NCBI GenBank assembly: GCA_021847345.1
Contig: JAJZTW010000003.1
Location: 38,528 to 102,527 of the forward strand
Direction of reading: 5' to 3'
DNA length: 64,000 nt
DNA from: Pseudomonadota bacterium
Lineage (GTDB): Bacteria > Pseudomonadota > Gammaproteobacteria > Burkholderiales > Burkholderiaceae_C
Shown: positions 24,757 to 38,603 of the stretch, piece after piece
How the letters are laid out: each line of letters starts with the position of its first letter
How positions within the stretch are numbered: the stretch's first letter is position 1
Made by a program: the position numbers and the translations under genes
Notes under the pieces: generated by a model
Seen by the model: only the letters and a program-made list of their open reading frames with translations
Told to the model about the DNA's origin: nothing
Databases searched by the model: none

Positions 24757-26022
24757 TTACTTGATGGCCAGGCGCAGCGCGTCCCACATGCGCTTGAAAA
24801 AGCCCGCCTGGCGCACCGGCTGCAAGGCCACCAGCGGCAGGGTCGCCAGCGGCTTGCCCGCCAGCGTGACCTTCAACGTGCCCACCTGCTGGCCCGCGCT
24901 CAGCGGAGCCACCAGCGGGTCGTTGCGCTGCACCGTGGTCTGGATTCGCTTGGCATCGCCGCGAGGCACGGTCACCGTGACCCCCTGCTCGCTGCCGATC
25001 GCCACCGTCGAGGCCGCCCCCTTCCACACCGGCGCCTGCAGCAGCGGCTTGCCCGCCTGCAGCAGGTGCACGTCGTCGAAATTCTGGTAGGCCCAATTGA
25101 GCAGCACCGCGCTCTCGGCGACACGGGCATGCTCGGTGGGCGTGCCCATGACCACGGTCAGCACGCGCCGCGGGCCGGTCGGGGTATTGCGCAGCGCCGT
25201 GGTGATCATGCAATAGCCGGCCTGCTCGGTATACCCGGTCTTCATGCCGTCGACGGTCGGATCCGTGAACAGCAGGCTCACCCGATTCGGCTGGGTGATG
25301 TGGTTGTACGTGAACTCCTTGACCTTGAAGTAGCGCGCGAAGTCCTGCGGGAAGTCGCGGATGATGTGCGTGGCGATCACGGCCAGATCATGCGCGCTGC
25401 TGTGGTGCCCCGGGTCGGGCAGGCCCGTCGGGTCCATGAAATGGGTGTCGGCGAGCCCCCACTGCTGGGCCTGCCGGTTCATCATCGACACGAAGGTGGC
25501 CTCCGATCCGGCCACCGTCTGCGCCAGGGTCATCGCCGCGTCGTTGCCCGACTGCACGATCATGCCCAGCAGCAGGTCGTTGACCGACACCGGAACGCGC
25601 GGATCGATGAACATGCGCGAACCGCCCGTGCGCCAGGCCTTCGTGCTCTCGTGCACCATCTGGTCGCGCTTGATGACCCCGTCGTGGATGGCCTTGAAGG
25701 TCAGGTAGGCCGTCATCAGCTTGGTCAGCGACGCCGGCGCCTCCTGCTGGTGGGAGTCGTGCTGGGCGAGCACCTGGTTGCTGGTCAGGTCGAGCACCAC
25801 CCAGCTGCGCGCGTCGAGGTTGGGCGGGGTCACGGTCTGCAGCAGCGCCGCGGTGGGACCGTCGGGAAGGTTGCCGACTGCGGCCGGCGCGCTCGCCACC
25901 GCCGCCGGCGCGGCCAACTGCGCCGGCGCGGCCTGCGCGGACGACACCATCGGCGAGGCAAGGCAGACAACGAGCGCGGCCATGGTCAGGCGGCTCGGAA
26001 CGACAGAATGGGACAGGGACAT
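24757..26022 (-). CDS. dacC: D-alanyl-D-alanine carboxypeptidase (PBP5/6 class)
   Basis: Signal peptide, SxxK (ASLTK), SGN (QSGNDAA) and KTG (MKTGYT) motifs. I prefer the ATG start at 26022. Confidence 0.88.
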   Translation of the reverse strand: MSLSHSVVPSRLTMAALVVCLASPMVSSAQAAPAQLAAPAAVASAPAAVGNLPDGPTAALLQTVTPPNLDARSWVVLDLTSNQVLAQHDSHQQEAPASLTKLMTAYLTFKAIHDGVIKRDQMVHESTKAWRTGGSRMFIDPRVPVSVNDLLLGMIVQSGNDAAMTLAQTVAGSEATFVSMMNRQAQQWGLADTHFMDPTGLPDPGHHSSAHDLAVIATHIIRDFPQDFARYFKVKEFTYNHITQPNRVSLLFTDPTVDGMKTGYTEQAGYCMITTALRNTPTGPRRVLTVVMGTPTEHARVAESAVLLNWAYQNFDDVHLLQAGKPLLQAPVWKGAASTVAIGSEQGVTVTVPRGDAKRIQTTVQRNDPLVAPLSAGQQVGTLKVTLAGKPLATLPLVALQPVRQAGFFKRMWDALRLAIK

Positions 26023-26142
26023 TGTGTGAATCACCCGATGCGAAAAACCCGGCGGCGACCCGCCGGCGAATCCGGAAGCACCCGCGGCTGAGTGCATGAG
26101 ACCTTGCGCACCATAGCAGCGCGCGGCGTGCTTGTTGTTTCC

Positions 26143-26817
26143 TCAGGTTTCCGCGCCGGGCACGGCCCCGTGCCACGCGCGAACCCACTCCTTCAACGGC
26201 GTCAGCAGGCCGTGAAAAAAATGTCCGGCCCCGGGAACCACCAGCACCGGCTGAGACTGCGGCCTCGCCCAGTCCATCACCGCGCCCAGCGGCACCACGT
26301 CGTCGTTCTCGCCATGCACGACCAGCATGCGACGAGCCAGCGTGCCGCCGTCCGGCTGGCGCAGCCTGGGCACGTCGAAACTGGCCACCGCCGGGCCCAC
26401 CAGGCACAGATGCTGCACCGCCTGCCCTTGCGCGTGCAGGCGTGCGCACAAATTGGCGGCGACGTAGGCCCCGAAGGAAAAGCCGGCCAGCGCCAGCGGC
26501 ATCGGGTCGTGCAGGCCGAGTTCGGCCCGGTAATGCGCGAGCGCCGCCTGCAGGTCGTCGGTCTCGCCCGCTCCCTGCGCATAGGAACCCTCGCTGGCCC
26601 CCACGCCGCGGAAATTCGGCCGGACCGCGGCGAAACCCATCTGCACGAAGGCTCGCGCAAGGGTCTGCGCGACCTTGTTGTCCAGCGTGCCGCCCTGCAG
26701 GGGATGGGGGTGGCCGATCACGGCCAGCCCCCGGGGCGCCTGCGCGGGAAGGTCGACAGCCGCCTCCAGCGCGCCGGCGGGGCCCTGGATGCACTCGCGC
26801 CGCGTGCCGCGATTCAC
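26143..26817 (-). CDS. alpha/beta-fold hydrolase (uncharacterised, COG2945-like)
   Basis: GTG at 26817 overlaps the ferredoxin stop (GTGA). It has the nucleophile elbow GFSFGAY and a C-terminal GAGHFFHG motif. Confidence 0.65.
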   Translation of the reverse strand: MNRGTRRECIQGPAGALEAAVDLPAQAPRGLAVIGHPHPLQGGTLDNKVAQTLARAFVQMGFAAVRPNFRGVGASEGSYAQGAGETDDLQAALAHYRAELGLHDPMPLALAGFSFGAYVAANLCARLHAQGQAVQHLCLVGPAVASFDVPRLRQPDGGTLARRMLVVHGENDDVVPLGAVMDWARPQSQPVLVVPGAGHFFHGLLTPLKEWVRAWHGAVPGAET

Positions 26818-27140
26818 GCCACCGTCTCCGGCGGCACCAGCAGGCGTTCGACGATCTCGCCGTGCTTGAGGTGGCGCTCGACGATTTCGTCGATGTCCTG
26901 CTGGTCGACGTAGGTGTACCAGACGCCTTGCGGGTACACGACGCACACGGGGCCCTGCTCGCAGCGCTCCATGCAGCCGGCGCGGTTCACGCGCACCTTG
27001 CCGGGGCCGGCCAGGCCCGCTGCCTTCACCGCCTTCTTGCAATGCTCGAAGGCCTGCTCGGCGCCCTGCGCGGCACAGCACGGGCGAGGGCCGTCGCGCT
27101 GGTTCAGGCAGAAGAACACGTGGTATTGGTAGTGGCTCAT
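26814..27140 (-). CDS. thioredoxin-like [2Fe-2S] ferredoxin
   Basis: 108 aa. It starts MSHYQYHVFFCLNQR and has four Cys in the expected pattern (C..CC...C..C). Confidence 0.7.
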   Translation of the reverse strand: MSHYQYHVFFCLNQRDGPRPCCAAQGAEQAFEHCKKAVKAAGLAGPGKVRVNRAGCMERCEQGPVCVVYPQGVWYTYVDQQDIDEIVERHLKHGEIVERLLVPPETVA

Positions 27141-27194
27141 CGACGGATACGCGCGCCGGGCTTGCGTCGGCGCGACAACATGGGGACTTCGGGA

Positions 27195-27635
27195 TCAGAA
27201 GGGCTTGACCACCACCATGGGCACGATCACGAACAGCGCCACGGTGGGAATTTCATTGAACCAGCGGTACCAGCGATGGCTGTGGCGGTTGCGCCCCTGC
27301 TCGAAGCCGCGCAACAGTCGGCGGCAGGCGTGGTCGAAGCCCAGCAGCACCAGCACGAAGGTCAGCTTCACGTGCATCCAGCCGTTGCCGGGACCGTGCA
27401 GGCCGACACCGTAGCCCAGCCACAGCACGAGGCCGAAGCCCAGCGCCGGCACCATCAGGATGGTCATGAAGCGCAGCAGCTTGCGCGCCATGAGCAGCAA
27501 TCGCTCGCGCTCGGCGCTCGCCTCGGGCGCGTCGCCCACCATGGCCAGGTTCACGTAAATGCGCGGCAGATAGAACAGCCCGGCGAACCAGGACACGACA
27601 AAAATCACGTGCAGGGCCTTGATCCACAAATACAT
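27195..27635 (-). CDS. hemJ: protoporphyrinogen IX oxidase HemJ (UPF0093/CopD-like)
   Basis: 146 aa with MYLWIKALHVIFVVSWFAGLFYLPRIYV and four TM helices. It is divergent from hemB. The surrounding 601-aa ORF is an artefact. Confidence 0.8.
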   Translation of the reverse strand: MYLWIKALHVIFVVSWFAGLFYLPRIYVNLAMVGDAPEASAERERLLLMARKLLRFMTILMVPALGFGLVLWLGYGVGLHGPGNGWMHVKLTFVLVLLGFDHACRRLLRGFEQGRNRHSHRWYRWFNEIPTVALFVIVPMVVVKPF

Positions 27636-27751
27636 CGCTTGTGCCTTTGAAGAAAAAGCTCGCTCCCGCACCCGCCCGGGGCGGCAACCCCGCATTGTGC
27701 CTGCCAACCGGCGCGACGGCTGCCCTGTCCACGTGGCGGTGCCGCGACGGG

Positions 27752-27778
27752 CAAAAAAATCCCCGGCATGTGCCGGGG
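27752..27778 (-). terminator. orphan intrinsic terminator (minus strand)
   Basis: On the minus strand it reads CCCCGG-CACAUG-CCGGGG followed by A and seven U. No minus-strand CDS lies upstream of it. Confidence 0.7.
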
Positions 27779-27840
27779 TGAATAGCCTGGCATCGAGCCA
27801 AGGCTCCCGCTCAGGGAGGAAAAGCGGGAGGGGGCGCCTC
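27752..27840 (-). ncRNA. candidate small RNA or hemJ-leader attenuator (three contiguous hairpins, CCUCCC motifs)
   Basis: Three contiguous hairpins lie at 27830-27804 (8-bp stem, loop UUUCCUCCCUG), 27803-27786 (6-bp stem) and 27778-27752 (the terminator). The 5' end is unknown and no family has been assigned. Confidence 0.3.
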
Positions 27841-27863
27841 GCGGCGGCCACCTGAAGGAATAG

Positions 27864-28982
<1,119 letters not shown>

Positions 28983-29174
28983 GCAGACCCGGGCGGGCAC
29001 GGTGACGTCGCGCAGGTCGTTCGATTCACCCAGAAGCGCTGGGGGCGTGCGTGAAACCGGGGGATCGGGCTCCTAGACTGAAGCCCAGCAGGGAGTTTTC
29101 ACAAGACCGCTGCGCCACCCCTCGCCCGCGAGCAACGGCGGCGACTCGGCTGCGCTACCCGAGCAGGAGCTGCC

Positions 29175-30200
29175 ATGTGGTCGTATCGCCCCCCGAATCA
29201 CCCGAATCACCCGAATCACCCGAATCACCCGAATCACCCGAATCGCCGCCGCACCCGCGCTTGGCTCCCCCACGCGGCCTGCCGCCCCCAGCCGCCGCGC
29301 GTGCCATGCTCCACACGCCTGGCGCGCAGCCTGGCGCGCAAATCGCTCCTGCTGCCGCTGGGCCTCGGCGCCGCGGGCCTGCTGGCAAGCCTGCCCGAGG
29401 CCCGGGCGGGTCAGAATGTGTCCATCCAGGTCCAGCCCATGCAGGGGGCCGAGCCGGGCTCGCTGTCCCAGGACACGTACGCCATTCCCGGCCTGCGCAA
29501 CCGGATCCATTTCCTGCTCACCTGCGAGACCGATCCACCGGGCGGATGGTGCGACCGCGGGTACCTGGTCGCCTATTTCAACGGCACCGACCCCGGGCAG
29601 AAGGTCGTCAGCGGATGGACCGCGTTCGGCCGTGACTGCGTGGTCAACGACTACTACCTGGCCTGCCCGATGGAGATCGCGCACGACCAGGAGCAGCAAA
29701 AGGCCTTTTTCGAGCTCGACGTCAAGCCCTGGTCCTACACCGACAACCACGGCGTCGTGCAGGGCACGGACGGGTTCGGGCTGGCACCATCGCCGTTCAC
29801 CATCGAGATGCGGGGCCAGGGCGCCTTTCGCATCGACAAACCGGAGGACATCGTGATCCCGGAAACTTCCGCGCTGGCCACCACGCACTTCGTCAACGAC
29901 GGCCCGTCGACCAACCGCCGGCTGATCTTGCGTTTCGGACCCTTTCCCCAGCACCTGGCACCGATCCTGTTCAGCCCCGACATGCCCTGCGCGCTGACTC
30001 CCGAACGCGTGCTGGAGTGCGGCCCGGTGGACCAGCCGCCCGACAGCCGGGGCATGGTGATGCTCGGGGTGAAGGCGGTTCCTCCGCTGCCCCATGTCCC
30101 GGACATCGAGCTCATCAACGTGAAGGCGACCAGCGATCTGACGCCCTACGTCAGGACCGACTTCGTGGTCCACATCGTCGAGCGCCCGCACGAGCCCTGA
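29175..30200 (+). CDS. hypothetical envelope protein with N-terminal (HPN)n repeat and Cys-rich domain
   Basis: AGGAG lies 5 nt before the ATG at 29175, and third positions are GC-rich in this frame only. A basic N-tail of about 57 aa contains PNHPNHPNHPNHPNHPN. A hydrophobic segment (SLLLPLGLGAAGLLASLPEARA) follows, then a domain of about 260 aa with six Cys. I recognise no family. An alternative start is GTG at 29301. Confidence 0.6.
   Translation: MWSYRPPNHPNHPNHPNHPNHPNRRRTRAWLPHAACRPQPPRVPCSTRLARSLARKSLLLPLGLGAAGLLASLPEARAGQNVSIQVQPMQGAEPGSLSQDTYAIPGLRNRIHFLLTCETDPPGGWCDRGYLVAYFNGTDPGQKVVSGWTAFGRDCVVNDYYLACPMEIAHDQEQQKAFFELDVKPWSYTDNHGVVQGTDGFGLAPSPFTIEMRGQGAFRIDKPEDIVIPETSALATTHFVNDGPSTNRRLILRFGPFPQHLAPILFSPDMPCALTPERVLECGPVDQPPDSRGMVMLGVKAVPPLPHVPDIELINVKATSDLTPYVRTDFVVHIVERPHEP
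29192..29245. repeat. 9-bp tandem repeat (CCCGAATCA x5 plus CCCGAATCG)
   Basis: Five perfect copies and one imperfect copy lie in frame inside the 29175 ORF. Confidence 0.95.
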
Positions 30201-30221
30201 AGGGCGGGCGGCGCGATGAAC

Positions 30222-30668
30222 TCAGCGCCACAGCACGACCAGCGCCACGGCCAGCCAGCCCAGCGCGAAGTTGAGCTGCACCAGCCGGTGGATGCGCTGC
30301 AACTCGGCGCCCACCGCCTGCCACTGACCGTCGCGCGCGGCGTGGCGGGCGCGACGGTAGGGCGCGAAGTGGATGTGGGCGAACACGGCGATCATCAGCA
30401 GCCCGATGCCCAGCATCGCATGCCAGGCCGGCGGCGCGTGGGCCATTCCCACCTGCGCCAGCACCCACGCGCCGCTGCCCAGCAGCAACGCGATGCTTGC
30501 CCACACCAGCCCGAAGAAGCCCTGCAGCACCTGCAGCAGCAACTGCGCCCGCAACGGCGGCTGGAGCACACGCATGGCCGCCGGACGCAGCGCGAACAGC
30601 ACGAAACTCATGCCGCCCAGCCAGACGATGGCACCAATCAAGTGCACAAAAAGCAACAAGTTGTTCAT
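30222..30668 (-). CDS. CopD-like four-helix membrane protein
   Basis: 148 aa starting MNNLLLFVHLIGAIVWLGGMSFVLFALRP, with four hydrophobic helices. GGGGGA lies upstream of the ATG. The family assignment is tentative. Confidence 0.55.
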   Translation of the reverse strand: MNNLLLFVHLIGAIVWLGGMSFVLFALRPAAMRVLQPPLRAQLLLQVLQGFFGLVWASIALLLGSGAWVLAQVGMAHAPPAWHAMLGIGLLMIAVFAHIHFAPYRRARHAARDGQWQAVGAELQRIHRLVQLNFALGWLAVALVVLWR

Positions 30669-31137
30669 GTTTTTCCCCCTTCGCGAAGCCTAGCGCCTTC
30701 ACGCGCGAAGCGTGTGCGCACGCGGGCGCCAGCCGGTCGGACGACCCCGAGAGCTTGCGAACCGACAAGGCAAGCACAAGCCGGACAACGAAAACACTGG
30801 ATCGAGCGCTAAGGGTTTACGTATACTTCCGCCGTTTGGCCGTGAGCGAATTGTTACAACGCCGGGCCGGGGTGAACATCGAGCCGGGGCGCTCGGCCAG
30901 CGCAGCAAAAGCGGACGCCGCGGGCGCCCCGTGATGGTGCCCCGGCCGCTCTGCGGGGGCAGCCAACAGCGCCTGCATCCGCGACGACGTCTCGCCTCGA
31001 ACCCCGCGCGTCACGAAAGACCCCGATCCGCCCGGCCGGACCGGACAGTACCCTGGCGGTCTCGCTGCGAGCGAACTGCCGCGAACCACCGACCGGCGAT
31101 CAGCCGGCCACCAACCGGCGCCACGCCGACCGACACC

Positions 31138-31614
31138 GTGCAAGCCTTGAACACCTGGCAGGACGAACACGAGGAAGCACCGCGCGAGCCGCTCAGCCCA
31201 GAGCAGGCGCAGGCGTTGCTGCGTGCCAAGCCCGGTGTGTCGGCCTGGCGCGTGGTGAGTCTGCAGCTCGGTGTCACCGTCTTCGCCGCGGCGCTCGGCT
31301 GGCTGCTCGGCGGCGCCACGTCGGCGCTGTCGGCGGCCTGGGGCGGCGGCATGGTGCTGCTGCCCGCGGCGCTGTTCGCCGGCGCCATGCAGCGCTGGCT
31401 GGTGCGCCTGCCGCCCGCGTATGCGCTGTTCGGCTTCGCCTTCGGCGAACTGCTCAAGATCGCCCTCACCGTGCTGCTGCTGGTGCTGGCCCCGCGCGCG
31501 CTGCCCGCCGTGAGCTGGCCGGCGCTGCTGCTGGGTCTGGTGGCCACGCTGCAGGTGTACTGGATCGCCCTGTTGCTGCGCGGCAAGTCGCGCAGCAGCG
31601 GGAAACAAGCCTGA
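31138..31614 (+). CDS. atpI: ATP synthase protein I
   Basis: Small hydrophobic protein directly upstream of atpB with four predicted helices. There is no ATG; candidate starts are GTG at 31138 or TTG at 31147. Confidence 0.6.
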   Translation: MQALNTWQDEHEEAPREPLSPEQAQALLRAKPGVSAWRVVSLQLGVTVFAAALGWLLGGATSALSAAWGGGMVLLPAALFAGAMQRWLVRLPPAYALFGFAFGELLKIALTVLLLVLAPRALPAVSWPALLLGLVATLQVYWIALLLRGKSRSSGKQA

Positions 31615-31654
31615 GTCCGCGCGAAAACGCGAGCCCTCCAACTTCTCCTACGCC

Positions 31655-32515
31655 ATGGCAGCTCCAGAACCCACCATCACCGCAGGCGAATACATCATCC
31701 ACCACCTGACGCAGTGGACCAACGTCCCGCGCGCCGGCGTGATCGACTTCCACGTCATCGACCTGGATTCGCTGATCATGACCGTGCTGCTGGGCTCGCT
31801 GGCCTGCTTCGTGCTGTGGCGCGTGGCCCGCGGCATGACCAGCGGGGTTCCCGGGCGCCTGCAGGCGGCGGTGGAATTCCTCGCCGAGTTCGTCGACGAG
31901 CAGGCGCGCGGAATCGTGCGCAACGCCAAGTCCCGCGAGTTCGTCACGCCGCTGGCGTTCATCGCCTTCATCTGGATTGTCATGATGAACGCCATGGACC
32001 TGCTGCCGGTGGACCTGCTGCCGCGCCTGTGGGAAGGCGCGGCTGCCGCCACCGGGCACGACCCGCAGCACGCCTACCTGCGCGTGGTGGCCACCGCCGA
32101 CCTGTCGGTGGCGCTGGGCATGTCGATCACCGTGCTGCTGCTGAGCCTGTACTACGGAATTCGCGTCAAGGGCCTGGGCGGCTGGCTGCACGAGCTGTTC
32201 ACGGCGCCGTTCGGCAACCACCCGTTGCTGTGGCCGCTGAACTTCGCGATGCAACTGCTCGAGTACCTGGCGAAGACCCTTTCGCACGGCATGCGACTTT
32301 TCGGCAACCTGTACGCCGAGGAAATCCTGTTCATGATCATCGCCCTGATGGGCGCGGCGGGGCTGAGCAGCCTGTCGGGCTGGGCGCTGTTCGTGGGCAA
32401 CGTCGCGGCCGGGCTGGCGTGGTCGATTTTCAGCATGCTGATCATCGTGCTGCAGGGCTTCATCTTCATGATGCTCACGCTGGTCTACATCGGCCAGGCC
32501 CACGATCACCATTGA
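31655..32515 (+). CDS. atpB: F0F1 ATP synthase subunit a
   Basis: 286 aa with the conserved LSHGMRLFGNLYAEE motif containing the essential Arg. Confidence 0.95.
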   Translation: MAAPEPTITAGEYIIHHLTQWTNVPRAGVIDFHVIDLDSLIMTVLLGSLACFVLWRVARGMTSGVPGRLQAAVEFLAEFVDEQARGIVRNAKSREFVTPLAFIAFIWIVMMNAMDLLPVDLLPRLWEGAAAATGHDPQHAYLRVVATADLSVALGMSITVLLLSLYYGIRVKGLGGWLHELFTAPFGNHPLLWPLNFAMQLLEYLAKTLSHGMRLFGNLYAEEILFMIIALMGAAGLSSLSGWALFVGNVAAGLAWSIFSMLIIVLQGFIFMMLTLVYIGQAHDHH

Positions 32516-32854
<339 letters not shown>

Positions 32855-32917
32855 TCGGGCGGGCCTCGCCGAGGCTTGCACACCCCCCATCTCTGAAACT
32901 ACGCAAGGGTTAGCGCC

Positions 32918-33388
32918 ATGCATCTGGACGCAACACTGATTGCGCAGCTCATCGTGTTCCTGCTGCTGGCGGCATTCACGGCAAAGTTCGTGTGGCCACC
33001 GATCACCAGGGCCCTCGACGAGCGCGCAAAGAAGATCGCCGACGGCCTGGCCGCGGCGGACCGCGCCAAGGCCGAACTGGCCTCGGCGAACCAGGAGGTC
33101 GAGCGCGAGCTCGCCCGCTCGCACGAGGCAAGCGCGCAGCGCCTGCAGGATGCCGAGCGCCGCGCGCTGGCGATCATCGAGGAAGCTCGCCGCAAGGCCG
33201 AGGAAACCGCCGAGGGCATCGTCGCCCAGGCGCGCTCCGAGGCCGAGCAGCAGGTGGTCAAGGCCCGCGAGGCACTGCGCGACCAGGTCGCGCAGCTTGC
33301 GGTCAAGGGCGCCGAGTCCATCCTGCGCCGTGAAGTCAACGCCCAGGCCCACGCCGAGCTGCTGCAGCAGCTCAAGGCCGAGCTCTGA
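32918..33388 (+). CDS. atpF: F0F1 ATP synthase subunit b
   Basis: 156 aa with an N-terminal TM helix followed by a long charged coiled coil. Confidence 0.93.
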   Translation: MHLDATLIAQLIVFLLLAAFTAKFVWPPITRALDERAKKIADGLAAADRAKAELASANQEVERELARSHEASAQRLQDAERRALAIIEEARRKAEETAEGIVAQARSEAEQQVVKAREALRDQVAQLAVKGAESILRREVNAQAHAELLQQLKAEL

Positions 33389-33402
33389 CCGGAGAACAAG
33401 CG

Positions 33403-33948
33403 ATGGCTGAACTCGCCACCGTCGCCCGGCCCTATGCCGAAGCGATGTTCGAAGCCGTGCAGGCCGCGGCCGCTCCCGAGTCGCTGGCCGACGTCGCCCA
33501 GGCGCTCGACGGCCTGGCGACGGTCGCGCGCGACCCCGGGGTACGCCAACTCGTCGGAGACCCGCGCCTGGACAGCGACAAGCTCGGCGAGCTGATGCTG
33601 TCGGCCCTGCCGGGCCAGCCGGGGCCCGCGGTGCGCAACCTGCTGCGCGTGGTGCTCGAGAACCACCGTCTGGCGGCGCTGCCGGCGATCGCCGAGCAGT
33701 TTCACCGCCTCAAGGACGACGCCGAGCAACGCGCCGAGGTGCTGATCACCAGCGCGTTCCCGATGGACGATGCGCAGCTGGGCGCGCTGCTGCCGGCGCT
33801 CGAGAAGCGCTTCGGGCGCAAGCTGTATGCGCGCGTCGAGGTCGATCCCTCGCTGATCGGGGGCGTGCGCGTGGCCGTCGGCGACGAGGTGCTCGACACC
33901 TCGGTACGCGCCCGGCTGGAGACCATGCGCCACGCGCTCACCGCTTGA
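33403..33948 (+). CDS. atpH: F0F1 ATP synthase subunit delta
   Basis: 181 aa. It starts MAELATVARPYAEA, sits at the expected position in the operon and has an OSCP-like C-terminus. Confidence 0.92.
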   Translation: MAELATVARPYAEAMFEAVQAAAAPESLADVAQALDGLATVARDPGVRQLVGDPRLDSDKLGELMLSALPGQPGPAVRNLLRVVLENHRLAALPAIAEQFHRLKDDAEQRAEVLITSAFPMDDAQLGALLPALEKRFGRKLYARVEVDPSLIGGVRVAVGDEVLDTSVRARLETMRHALTA

Positions 33949-33983
33949 GCCCCCATTAACGCCTACGTATCCCGAGGCTCCCC

Positions 33984-35525
<1,542 letters not shown>

Positions 35526-35622
35526 GTGCCTCTGGGCGGTCGGGCTTGCCCGGCCTGCCCTGTCGAGGTGATCCCTGCCTCGGCACCGGAGCACACGTGA
35601 GCGAACGGACTGGAGATCCTGC

Positions 35623-37972
<2,350 letters not shown>

Positions 37973-38030
37973 GCAGGCTCCACCGGGCCGCCATGTACGG
38001 CGGCCCGCCCCCTGCCCTCGCGGAGTGCTC

Positions 38031-38459
38031 ATGAAAACCTTTCAAATCGATGTGGTCAGCGCCGAAGAGCTGATCTATTCCGGGCAGGCGCGCTTCGTCG
38101 CTCTTCCCGGAGAGTCCGGCGAGCTCGGCATCCTGGCCGGGCACACGCCGCTGATCACCCGCATCAAGCCGGGCGCGGTGCGCATCGAACGCCCTGACGG
38201 CGCCAGCACGGAAGAAGATTTCGTGTTCGTCGCCGGCGGCGTGCTCGAGGTGCAGCCCCACCATGTCACGGTGCTGGCCGACACGGCGATCCGCGGCAAG
38301 GACCTCGACGAAGCCAAGGCCCAGGAAGCCCTGAAGGCGGCGCAGGAGAATCGCGCCCACGCCAAGGAAAGCCAGGACATCGCGGTGGTCGAGGGCGAAC
38401 TGGCCATGCTGGCCGCCCAACTCGCGGCGATTCGTCGCCTGCGCGGTCGCATGCACTGA
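38031..38459 (+). CDS. atpC: F0F1 ATP synthase subunit epsilon
   Basis: ATG at 38031 is preceded by GGAG with a 5-nt spacer. The track's GTG at 38025 is less likely. Confidence 0.93.
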   Translation: MKTFQIDVVSAEELIYSGQARFVALPGESGELGILAGHTPLITRIKPGAVRIERPDGASTEEDFVFVAGGVLEVQPHHVTVLADTAIRGKDLDEAKAQEALKAAQENRAHAKESQDIAVVEGELAMLAAQLAAIRRLRGRMH

Positions 38460-38484
38460 CCGGCACCGCCGGCGCCGAGTCCCC

Positions 38485-38516
38485 AGGCCACGCCCGAAGG
38501 GCGTGGCCTTTTTTTG
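38485..38516 (+). terminator. rho-independent terminator of the atp operon
   Basis: AGGCCACGCC / GGCGTGGCCT stem followed by TTTTTTTG. Confidence 0.85.
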
Positions 38517-38603
38517 TCTGTGCGGCGCGGGCCGACGATCGCTGCGCTATTGGGCACCCGGGCACGACCTGTGTAGCATCGGGGCATCAGCCGCAACCCG
38601 CCG

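Noticed and set aside
27761-27778. The hairpin at 27761-27778 considered as a plus-strand or bidirectional terminator.
   Set aside because: On the plus strand the hairpin is preceded by an A-run, not followed by a T-run, and no plus-strand gene ends upstream of it. Only the minus-strand reading has terminator geometry.
29051-29635. An alternative frame across the 9-bp repeat, giving (PES)n.
   Set aside because: Third-codon positions in this frame are not GC-biased, there is no SD sequence, and the downstream sequence is low-complexity. The 29175 frame has an AGGAG and coherent coding bias through to 30200.
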